Assembly: GCF_009914755.1 (NCBI RefSeq)
Contig: NC_060925.1
From: the human T2T-CHM13v2.0 reference genome, Homo sapiens
Strand: one strand, 5' to 3'
DNA length: 64,000 nucleotides
A model generated the notes under the pieces. It was not told the origin of the DNA. It ran no database searches and worked only from the letters and a program-made list of their open reading frames with translations. Both the position numbers and the translations under genes were made by a program. Below, piece after piece: positions 14,439-25,672 of the stretch; position 1 is the stretch's first letter, and each line of letters starts with the position of its first letter.

Positions 14439-15121
14439 TTCAGTCCTCAGCTAGATGCTTCATGTAAAAGTACTAACATTAAACAGTAACAATCACAATA
14501 TTTGTGACTACCTACTGTGTGCCAAGTCTTTTGCTAGCTGATCTTTAATGAATATATAGCCTGTACCAGTACTGCACTTGGCACTTTCAATCATGATTAT
14601 GATAATAGTTATAATAATAGTAGTAATACAAATCACCCTTTTGTGAGGACCTACTACGAGGCAGACCTTGTGCTAGGCAGCTGTACAGAATAATACTAAG
14701 CACTTCAAGTTTTTATTCCTGTGCAAGATGCTTTATAAAACAACATTATTTACTACCTACTGTGTGCCAGAAATTTACACAGGTTGAACACTAACCTTCA
14801 GACAGTCCTGGGATGGAACGCTTATCATCCCACTTTACAGGTGAGGAAACTGAGGCTAGAAGAGTCAAGAGATTTGCCAAAGGCTTCACTGTGGCCAAGG
14901 CTCGGTGCCAAGTTGCACAACCAGATCTGCCCGCTTCCAAAGCCTGAGCCCTTACTCCATAAGCTGGGCTACCTTCTCAAGATTTGGGCTGATGTCCTGA
15001 CCCTGCTTCTGGTCCTATCATCACCTCCCATGATTGATGGAGGAAGTGGCTTCTGAGGCCTCTAGACAGCCATTCCTCTGCCCCCCTCCCCAGGTCCTTC
15101 TCCAGGGCCCAGGGGCCTCAC

Positions 15122-15422
15122 CTGTGGAAGGAGAAATAGGGAGAGGAAGTTGGCCACAGTCATGACAGACTCGGAGTTGTCAGGGCCAATGACAGCCACC
15201 ACACGGGAAATGTAGTTACTGTAGTCCTCTTGGATGGGAAGGAGGTTGTCCTCGTGTGCCAGGAAGTAGAGCACCGGCTGGACATTGTTGGAGATGTAGC
15301 ACACATCCACGATCTCATAGCCCAGCAGCACACCAGGCAGCAGGCTGCTGTCATTGTTGATCTCCTCCACCGCAAAGCGCATGGCCTGCATGAGGTTGTA
15401 GCCTATCACCTTCACTTCATAC
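15122..15422 (-). CDS. TAS1R2: TAS1R2 coding exon 2
   Basis: ctccag|G TAT GAA GTG ... CCA CAG|gtgagg, 301 nt. Contains the class C GPCR motif AMRFAVEEINN and is in frame with exon 1. Confidence 0.98.
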
Positions 15423-15566
15423 CTGGAGGGGCCACAGCATCATGAGGTGGAAGCAGATCCAGAATGAGGAAGGAAGAGATAAGAGAACCAGCCCACTCCT
15501 CCTTCCTGCCACAGGAAAGCCAAGGCATTGACTGAGAAGAGCCACTCCAGAAGACTCGGGCATTTT

Positions 15567-16567
15567 CACCATGTCATTGTCACCATACCACATCTCTAGG
15601 GTCACCATTGCCCATATGGCCACCACTGATACTGTTATCCATGTGGCCATCATCACTACTATCCCTATAACCTCCATCACCACTCTACCAATGTCCACCA
15701 ATGTGACCATCATTATCCACTAAGACTTCCATCACCACCATCACCACTATCACCATCATCACCCACTACCCATATTACCAATATCACCACCAGGGCCATC
15801 ACTGTCACCACAACCTTGTGACCATCATCACCACCATCATCACCGTCACCACCATCACTATCAGCACGACCATTATCACAGCCATCATCACCACCATCAC
15901 CACCACCATTTCCACCATCACCACCACCAACATCATCATCACTACCATCACCAACGCCATCAGTAACACCCTCACCACCATCACCATCATCAGCACCATC
16001 ATTATCAGCATCACCATCATCACCACCCCCATCACCATCATCACTACCATCACCAACGTCATCACTAACACCATCAGCACCATCATCAGCATCACTACGA
16101 TCACCACCATCACCAACACCATCACTAACACCATCACCAGCATCACTACCATCGCCATCATCACCAACACCATCACCACCATCAGCACCATCTTCAGCAT
16201 CACTATCATCACCACCAACACCATCATCACTACCATCACCATCATCACCAACACTATCGTTAAAACCATCACCATCATCAACGCAACCATCACCATTATC
16301 ACTACCAGCACCATCACTGCCAACACTATTACCACCACTGCCATCATCATCACTACCATCACCATCATCACCACCATTACCACTATCATCATCATCATCA
16401 CCATCATACTTTTTATCATTGTCATCATCACCAGTATTACTGTTATCAACATTATCAGCATCACCACCATTACTTTCATCACAACTATCACCATCATTAT
16501 ACACCCCACCATGATCACAAGCATTAGAAAACCCAGCATCATGCCTGGTGCCATCACCTTCACCATT
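15567..16567. repeat. About 1-kb degenerate (CAC/CAT)n triplet repeat in TAS1R2 intron 1
   Basis: Continuous caccat/catcac triplets. It explains the three low-complexity long ORFs at 15713-16624. Confidence 0.95.
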
Positions 16568-17269
16568 CTCAAGCCAGCATATAATCTTCCCCAGTGTCAT
16601 AAATGATGCATTTCTCATACTCAACCCTTAATCATCTTTTGCACTGTTCTTCCTTTCTCCTTGTCTCCCGCAATACCTTCACCCTCTCTGCAAGAGGTCA
16701 CTCTTTTTTAGTCCCAGGCTGGCTCCATGTCCTTCGTGCTTGCATGCAGATGCACACAGCCCCCACAATCTCCAAGTGATGCTGCCACCCCAAGGGGCTC
16801 AGGGAGGAGGTGGGGGAAGAGGAACTTCCCTCTCGGCCCAAAAGCACCCCTACCCACCACAGAACCTGCTACAGAAAAATCACATTCTGCCTCCCAAAGG
16901 TTTTCAGAATGGGCTTTGACATGGACCCATTGGGAGTCCCCCAGTTGCCAAAGTGGGTGGGAGCAGTCTTGATGGCCTCTAAGAGCCCTCTAGGCTCAAA
17001 CATTCTGTAACTCTATTTAAAAAAAATGGCACTGAGATGACCCCAGTCTCAGTGTTTCAGAGCACAGTCGCCAAAGATTTTGGTAACCCATATTATACGG
17101 GGCCTCCCTGAGGACTAGGGGCATGGATCCAGAATAAGGGGGTTGGCAATGAATGGGGAGGAGTGCTTTAAGCCCTTGGTCCTGGTCTGGCTCCCAAGGA
17201 CCCACAGGACCAGGCCTGGCCTCCCACCCCATCCCCACTGCCACTTCCAGCCCCACACTGGAGACTCAC

Positions 17270-17451
17270 TCCTTGCACATGGGCACCTGCAGGAAGTTAA
17301 GGTGAACAATGCCCTTCATGTTGGCATGGAGGGAGAAGAGGCCACCCAGGAGGTAATCCCCAGGCAGGTAGAAGTCCGAGTTCTCAGCCGGCTCAGCCAG
17401 GACCCATAGGAGGAAGAACAGGGAGCAGATGGTCTTTGCCCTGGGCCCCAT
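17270..17451 (-). CDS. TAS1R2: TAS1R2 coding exon 1 (signal peptide and start of Venus flytrap domain)
   Basis: Translates MGPRAKTICSLFFLLWVLAEPAENSDFYLPGDYLLGGLFSLH...PMCKE. Kozak context cccagccATGG, donor GA|gtgagt, 182 nt. Confidence 0.98.
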
Positions 17452-17560
17452 GGCTGGGAAGTGATGGTCTCAGGAGGTAGTCCTGCCTCACTGGAGAATT
17501 GGCAGCTTGACACCAGGGTATTTGCACAGACATTTACATAGCGATGGTCCTGCCACTGAC
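17452..17560 (-). promoter_or_regulatory. TAS1R2 proximal promoter/5' UTR, non-CpG, with two near-octamer motifs
   Basis: ATGTAAAT (17532-17539) and GTGCAAAT (17520-17527) on the - strand, 70-90 nt upstream of the ATG. Confidence 0.5.
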
Positions 17561-18590
17561 TGTGGGGCACCTGGAGCAGGTGGAGAGGTTTGGGGGCCCA
17601 GAGGGAGGAAAGGAGGCTGGAATTATGATGATTCTTTCTTAGAGCATAGAGGGGCTAGGTGGTCTAGGGGAACCCTATTTGGAAAGAGAGAGCATCCTGA
17701 TAACTTGGCCATGCCCTGGCCTTCTGCCACTTGTCCAAGGACAAGTCTCATCTTCCTGACATTTCAAATATTTCAGGAGTAAAGGACATAAGTGCTGTCA
17801 GGAAACAGAGTACTGTGGCCAAAAGAGCCCAAGCTCTGGAGTCCAGCCAAGTTAGGCCAGGCATGTAGTGATGTATAGGTGTGGAGAAAGTGGTAGCCAT
17901 TGTCAATAAGAACCAGGCATCATGCTGGTGTCGCGGTTCATCATCTCATATAATGGTTGCAGTAACCGGGACTATTACTAACCCCATTTCAAAGATGAAG
18001 AAATGGAGGCACTGAGAAATTAAGAAATCCAGCCCAGGCTTCCTGACTAGCAGAGCTGAGATTCAAACCACATGGTCTGACTCCGGGGCTGGGTCCTTCA
18101 TCGCTACATCACATTACATCACAAAATTAGTGCTTTTGATAAAAAAAAAAAAAAACCCAGCGGTGTCAAAGAGGGTGGGGGAAGGAGGGAAGGGAGGGGT
18201 GGTCTCACTCCCTCTGAAGGCTGCCATCAGTCAGCCTAGCAACACCCACTCTGGGTCCCCGACCTCTTGGACCCCACACCAAAGGGCAGGGTTGTTGGCA
18301 AAACAGAAAGTTGAAAATTCCTAAATTCAAAGGTGAATACGCCCAAGGAGTCAGAAGCGGGGAGGTGGCTCCAGTGAATTAGGGACCCATTTGAATCAGA
18401 GACCCCTGTCCATTTAGTGCCGTTTTGCTCCTTTCCAGGCCTACCAACATGTGGCCGAGCCCTAGGGAACCTGCCACACACCACATGGCTGGGATGGGTC
18501 TGTCACAGGCACATACCCGGCTGCTGCGCTCCATGGTTCTGATGGGCAGAGGCTTCAAGGTAGAAAAAGGTGATCAAAAACCCCATGATC

Positions 18591-18908
18591 GGCTGGGCAC
18601 GGTGGCTTACGCCTGTAATCCCAGCACTTTGGGAGGCCGAGACAGGAAGATCATCTGAGCTCAAGAGTTCGAGACCACCTTGGGCAACGTGGTGAAACCC
18701 GGTCTCTACTAAAAATACAAAAAATTAGCTGGGTATGGTGGCACACACTGTAATCCCAGCTACTCGAGAGGCTGAGGCACAAGAATCGAGAATCGCTTGA
18801 GCCTAGGAGGCAGAGGTTGCAGTGAGCTGAGGTCATGCCACTGCACTCCAGCTTGGGCTACAGAGTGAGACTCCATCTCAAAAAATAAAAAATAAAAACA
18901 AATAAAAA
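18591..18908 (+). mobile_element. AluS
   Basis: Full Alu consensus with A-rich tail. Confidence 0.93.
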
Positions 18909-19491
18909 CATGCTCTCTCCTGCCCCACCCCAGCCAAGACCTGCTCCTCCTTCAGGGCCCAGTCTGAGCTTCTCCTCCTCCTAGGAACCACTCCTGCCCC
19001 CAGTTCAAGGGAACCTCCCCGGCTCTGAGCAGCAACAAGCCTCCTGTCTGCGTCGTCGCTGGGCACTGGCTACCAGCCTTACACCGTTAACCGGATCCTG
19101 CTGCGTGTGTCCACTCTACTTGAGGACCCTTGAAACCACGTGACGTGGACCCACCTGGATTTGACATCAGCTGTTTGCTGGATGAGCATGGGCAGGTTCC
19201 TTAATCTCTCTGAGGCTCTGTTTCTTCCCCGTTGAAACAAGGATAACAATTTCAGCCTCATGGACTTGGTGTGGGAATTAAGTTAAATAAAACTGGGGGG
19301 TGTGGAGCAGGCTTGGAGAAAGGTGAGTTTGCCAAAGTGCGAGGTTGTTTCTTTTTACAACGAAATCAACTGCCGCAGGGGGCACCGTGGGCTCCATGAC
19401 CAGCTGAAATTGCCCCTTTGTGTCCCAAAGCCTCTCGAAGTTACCCTGAAGGATGTTGGATGTCTTTAGCTACTGCAGAGCCGAAGTGGCG

Positions 19492-19821
19492 CCTCCTCCC
19501 CTGCCCCTGACCTCTCCTGGGACGGGGTCATCCCGTGGGCCTGTAAGCCAACAAGGGGAGGCCTCCTGGTGCTGCAGGAAGAGGCAGAATTGGCTGTGTG
19601 ATCTGGGCTTGTCCCTGCCCCTCTCTGGGCCTGTGTAAACCAGTGGATTGGAGGTGGGGACTCATAAAATAAAAGGAAGCGCCCTGCAAGGGGTGTTTGG
19701 AGGTGTGGGTTCTGGGCCTGACTCTCCTCTCTCTGGGTCTCAGTCTCCTCATCTGTACAGTGGGGAGCCCCTCTTTGCACTGCCCGTGTCTGCCTCCATG
19801 TCAGCTGGCCCAAAACCCCAG
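19492..19821. repeat. Copy A of a ~330-bp dispersed direct duplication
   Basis: Colinear with 21148-21480. Identical 49-bp core at 19555-19603. Confidence 0.92.
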
Positions 19822-20299
19822 CACTGACCCGTCACCACTGCCCCATGGGTTCTCTCCATGCCCTCCCACTTTCCACGCCACAACCCCCGCAGACCCTCAT
19901 CACCCCCTTTCTGCACCTCTCCATCTGCCCCACACTGACTGTTTAAAACCCCAAACCACAGCTGTCAGCTAATCACTCCTCTGCTCTAATACCCGCCGGG
20001 GCTCCCCGTCACCAGCTGGATCAAGTCTGAGCTCCTTGTCCTGGCATTTGAGGCCTCCCCAGCCCAGCCCCAGCTCACTCATCCTCCCTTTCCTGGCCTT
20101 TCCAGCCTGGTCTCTCCTGCACCACGTGCCACAAACCACAGCCACACTGGCCTCCTTGGGTCTGGGTCCCTGGAGGATCTTCCTGGGGTGGCATTCTAGG
20201 GGCCTCCGAGACCATAGACGCCCGCCCTGCCAAATACCTAGGGGTTTATGAGTGGGTTGTAACAACAAATAGCGCCTTTCCCAGAGTGTGATGTATTGT

Positions 20300-20593
20300 T
20301 TCTGTTTTTTAGAGACAGGGTCTCACTCTGTCACCCAGGCTGGAGTGCAGTGGCATGATGAAAACTCACTGCAGTCTTGACCTTCTGGGCTCAAGTGATC
20401 CTCCCACCTCAGCCTCCTGAGTAGCTAGGGCTACAGGCACGTGCCACCACACCCAGCTAAGTTTTTTTAATTTTTTGTAGAGATGGAGTCTCTTTATGTT
20501 GCCCAGAATGGTCATGAACTCCTGGCCTCAAGAGGTTCTCCCTCCTCTGCCTGCTAAAGTGCTGGGATGACAGGTGTAAATCACCACGCCTGG
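20300..20593 (-). mobile_element. AluJ
   Basis: agagacagggtctcactctg...ctgggctcaagtgatcctcccacc diagnostic sequence. Confidence 0.9.
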
Positions 20594-21147
20594 TGTGTAT
20601 TAAATCCACCCAGAGTCTATTAAACACCAGGCATTGTGCCAAGCATTTTATATACATTATCATTTAATTCTTACAACTCCCCTTCAAAGTAGCCATTTTT
20701 ACTACCATTTTGAAGATGAGGAGACTGAGGCTCAAAGAGGCTAAGCAACTTTCCAGAAGTCACAAAGCTACTAGGTGGTGAAGCCAGAATGTAAATCCAC
20801 GCTGCCCAAGCTCTTAGCCCCTGTGCTAAGTGTGTTCTGCCTACAGAAGCTGTCACTGCACCTCCTGCCATGGGGGTTCTGGGATGGCCCTGCCCTCCCT
20901 CAACTCAGGTCCCACCCCAGCTGTTGGGGAAGGATTCGTTCCTGGTACAGCCACAAGAAGGCACATATGACTGCACATGTCAGTTCTGAATTGGGGAATA
21001 AAGAAGCCAGGAGGCACTGGGATGTCCTGAAGACTTCTAGAAAAGCCACATTATTTGGCAAAGCTTAGGGGTGGGGGTATGCCAGAGAGAGAGAGAGAGC
21101 ATCTAAGTTAACTGGGAAGCCCAGGATGTAGCCCTGATCTCAGGGCA

Positions 21148-21480
21148 CCCCCCTCCCTGCCCCTGACCACCCCTGGGGCAGGGCCATCCTGTGGGCCTTT
21201 AAGTCAAGATGGGGAGGCCTCCTGGTGCTGCAGGAAGAGGCAGAATTGGCTGTGTGATCAGGGCCTGTCCCTGCCCCTCTTTGGGTAAACCACTGGATGG
21301 GAGGTGGGGACTCATAAAACAAAAGGAAGCACCTTGCGTGGGGTGTTGGGACGTGTGGGCTCTGGGCCTGACTCTCCCTTCTCTGGGTCTCAGTTTCCTC
21401 ATCTATAGAGTGGGGAGGCCCTCTTTGCCCTCTTTGCACTGTCTTCATCTGCCTCCATGTCAGTCGGCCCAAAGCCCCAG
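21148..21480. repeat. Copy B of a ~330-bp dispersed direct duplication
   Basis: Colinear with 19492-19821. Identical 49-bp core at 21211-21259. Confidence 0.92.
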
Positions 21481-22118
21481 TCTCAGGGTTTGGGACGGGG
21501 AGGGTGGTAGAAAACAAGAATGGTTAAGCAAGCTGTTTATCCAGTGGGCACCAGCTGAGCCCACTGTGTGACAGGGTTTACCATCCGGAGACAGAAACCA
21601 GGGCCCGGGTGAGGGCAGTGCACACTGGAAGACACCGGGGAACCAGGCCCATCCGCAGTGTGATGTACTGTGTCAGAGCTGAGAGAGCCTACGGAGACCC
21701 ACAAACCCACCCAGTATACAGATAGGGAAACTGAGGCCTGGAAAGGGGCAGTCACCCAAGTCCAGAAAGGCATATTGACTTTCAGGACCAAGTTCTTTCT
21801 GGACCAAGTCCAGAAAGGCAGATTTCTTTCAGGAACAAGGGGCTAAGGCTGGGATTTGAGACCTCTGCTCTAATAAAGTCAATCAAAAGTACATCAGGAC
21901 GGTGTGTGATGCCACCGGGATAGAGTAAAGAGGAAGGAAGGCACCGACCAGCCAAGAGCTCCTTGGGGAAGGCAGGGTCTGTGCCTTGAAACATGGGACA
22001 ATGATGGTGATAGTGAGCACGAGTGATTTATGTTGTTAACGTGATTTGAGTGCTCACTCTCCACCAGGTGCTGCGCTGAGCCCTTGTTATGCTCCGCCAT
22101 TCTGTTTTATTCTACCTC

Positions 22119-22416
22119 TTTTTTTTTTTTTTTTTGAGATGGAGTCTTGCTCTGACACCCAGGCTGGAGTGCAGTGACGCGATCTCGGCTCACTGCAACC
22201 CCCACCTCCCGGTTCAAGCGATTTCCATGCCTCAACCTCCCGGGTAGCTGGGATTACAGGCATGTGCCACCATGTCTGGCTGATTTTTGTATTTTTAGGA
22301 GAGATGGGGTTTCGCCATATTGGTCAGGCTGGTCTCAAACTCCTGACCTCAGGTGATCCACACACCTTGGCCTCTCAAAGTGCTGGGAATACAGGAGTGA
22401 GCCACTGCGCCTGGCC
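22119..22416 (-). mobile_element. AluS, TSD about tattctacct
   Basis: Full Alu consensus with poly-T. Confidence 0.93.
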
Positions 22417-24223
22417 TATTCTACCTTTTAAGGTGCTACTATGTCCTCATTTTGCAGAAGAGGAAATTGAGGTTCAGCGAGGACCAGTAACTTATTCAAA
22501 AGCACATAGCAAGTATGTGGATTGGAACAACCCAGCACCCTAATGGGGGCTAATGGGAGTGGTAGAGATGCAGGGGCTCCAACGAGGAAGAAATAATGGG
22601 GGTCCCATTGACAGGGAGAGCTTTTTTTAGAGTGGGCTGCCAGTATGGATAGATGATGTCCGTGAAGACCGAAATCTGAAGGCACACTGGACAGAGAGCC
22701 AAAATCCTGGTCCAGCTCTGCCCCAACTTGCGATGCTGCCCTTGAACAAGTCACTTCCATTCTCTGGGCCTCATCCTCCCATCTGTAAAATGGACTCAGT
22801 GCTTCTTAATGGTTTTGAGATGAGCATCCTTTTGAGATTCTGACGACAGCCCTGCATGCCAACACGCCCCCAACAAATGCAGCCATGCACCCACATCCAG
22901 GGCATTGCCAGCCCTTGAGGCTCATCTGAGAACTCTGGACTGAGATGATCTGCAAGGTCCCCTCAGGCCCTGACGTTTATCTAGGAGGGGCAAGCGGACA
23001 CCATCCAGAGCACTGGCTTCCCTGAGGACAGATGCCTGGGAATGCTATGGGAATGCCTGGGAATGTCACTGGGATTCTCCTTCAGTGCCACACACACAGC
23101 ACATGCCCCCGCGTGGCTGGACACAGCGCAGGCCAGCCCCAGCCATCACCCTCACCGCCTGGTCCAGGGCCTGCCGTCCCCATGCTCATACCTGTGTGGC
23201 TGCCAAGGTGACCAACAGCCATGACAGACTTATGCAAAGTCCACGGGGGAAGGAGAGAGGGGTGAGCCATGGAAACAGCCAGCCAGGAGCTGCCCATTTG
23301 CCTTGGCATCTGCTTCCCCTGAGGTGCACGGAAAGGAAATGGGCATGTCGGCTGGAAGGGACTGCCCTGAACGTCCTTCCTCCCCCTGCCCTGCGGTTGG
23401 ATGGAGGATGGGGCACAGGGGGAGCCCCCAAGAGGATCCTGACCCTAGGGACTGGGGGATACATCAGCTGCTGCCCCTGCCCCACCCTCTGATCTGTCTC
23501 TGTCTCTCTACTTGCATATCTCTCCATTCACTCCTGTCTCCTCCTTCCCCACCCACCATTCTCTCTCCCTCTTTCTCACCAGCACTCCATACTCCAGGAC
23601 AAAACTGGGCCGCTAGAAACCCACCTCCAGTCTGGCTTATGATGGGGAGAGGGTGGGCATGCAGGGCCACCCCAAGAAAGTTCTGGGAGATGGGCAGTTC
23701 CTAAGCCAACCCACTTGGTTCAGAAGCACCTCGGAGGAGGGTTGCTGGGAAGGCCTCAAAGCCAGTTCTCAGAGGGCCCAGCCTCATCGGCACTCCTCAT
23801 CCGACCCCTCTGAAACAAGAAGTCCAAGGAGTGGAGTGGTGTGGGCTCCTAAAGTTGGGAAGCCAGGGATCGGCTAAGACCTCAGGAAGGGACTCTGCTG
23901 TGGTTGGGATACTCTTTCGCACCCAGGGATCCACTCAAGCCTCCTCACCAAACTTTGCTGAGTGACGGTGAGCAGTTTGCCTCTCAACCAGAAAAAGAGC
24001 TGGAGGTCTCAAATGACCACAAGCTCAATAAGAGCCAAAAGGGTAATAGTGACTAAAGCCTAAAGGAAAGGAAGCAGCTTTTATGGAGCCTCTGCAATGC
24101 TTTCAAACATCACCGCATCTGCTCTCCAGAACTCCGTGAAGGATTTTGTATCACCATTGTACAGATGAAGAAACCAGGGCTCAGGAGGTTAAGTGGCTTG
24201 TCCAAAGTCCCTGGGAATTGACC

Positions 24224-24545
24224 TTTTTTTTTTTAAGAGAAAGATCTTGCTCTCTTGCTCTGTTGCCCAAGCTGGAGTGCAGTGGCGTGATCATGGCTCA
24301 CTGTAGCTTCAACCTTCCGGGCTCAAGAGATCTCTTGCCTCAGCCTCTCAAGTAGCTGGGAGCACAGTCACATGCCAGCATTCCTGGCTAATTTTTAAAC
24401 TTCTCTTTTTTTTTTTTTTTTTTTTTTGGTAGAAGTCGGGTCTCACTACGTTGCCCAGGCTGGTCTGAAATTCCTGTCCTCAAGTGATCTCCCTCCTCGG
24501 CCTCCCAAAGCACTGGGATTACGGCAAGAACCACCGCGCCCGGCC
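24224..24545 (-). mobile_element. AluJ with expanded middle T tract
   Basis: Alu consensus, with a T run at about 24406-24427. Confidence 0.9.
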
Positions 24546-25269
24546 TGAATCCACTTTCATTGCACTCCAGAGTTCTTAATCTTTCCACTGTATTCGTGTA
24601 AGCCAAGTGAAATTTAAGGTTATAGCCAAAGGAGCAGATTGTCCAGAACAAGAGAGGTGATCGTCCTGCCGTGTGATGTTGTGATCAGACCTCACACGGG
24701 TGCATGACCTTAACAGTACTGGCTCATGTTGACTGACCTGTTCCTGGCCACCAGGCCCAGCACAAAATCTGTTTTCACATTTCAGACCATTCAGTCCTCC
24801 TAACAATTGTAAGGGATGAGTACTATCAACATTATGTCCCCATTTGACAGCAGAGTAGACTGAGGCCCAGAGAGGGGATGTGATTCAGCCAATGTCACAC
24901 AGCCTGGATCCCAGTTCAGGATGATTCCAGACTCTACTCCCTGGCATCACCAGAGCAGCTCACTAGGTAGACAAAGATCCAGAAACTACATCCCACAGAG
25001 AGTAGCTGAAGGAATAAAAGATGTTCAGCCTGGGAAGGAAGAGGCTCAGGGAGCTCTTGATGGAAAATAAAGGGCTGGGATGAGGACAAGGGAGTGGTCC
25101 TGTTCTGTGGGGCTCCTGAGGCCCCAGCCTGGCCCAAGGGACAGGGGACAACAAGCAGGCTTTGACTCCTCGAAGCTTCCCCACCTGTAAAACGGCCACA
25201 GGCACCCTCAAATGGTGATTAAATGAGGTTAATATATCAAGCACCTGCTTAGTAAATGATCACCAATAA

Positions 25270-25672
<403 letters not shown>

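Noticed and set aside
14387-14524. Tail-to-tail L2/MIR ends as a miR-28/151-type hairpin
   Set aside because: The stem is only about 14 bp with a ~110-nt loop, which is not pre-miRNA geometry.
15713-16624. Long ORFs of 303, 255 and 262 aa (Gly/Asp-, Met/Val- and Thr/Ile-rich)
   Set aside because: They are by-products of the (CAC/CAT)n repeat, with several overlapping frames open at once and no domain or exon structure.
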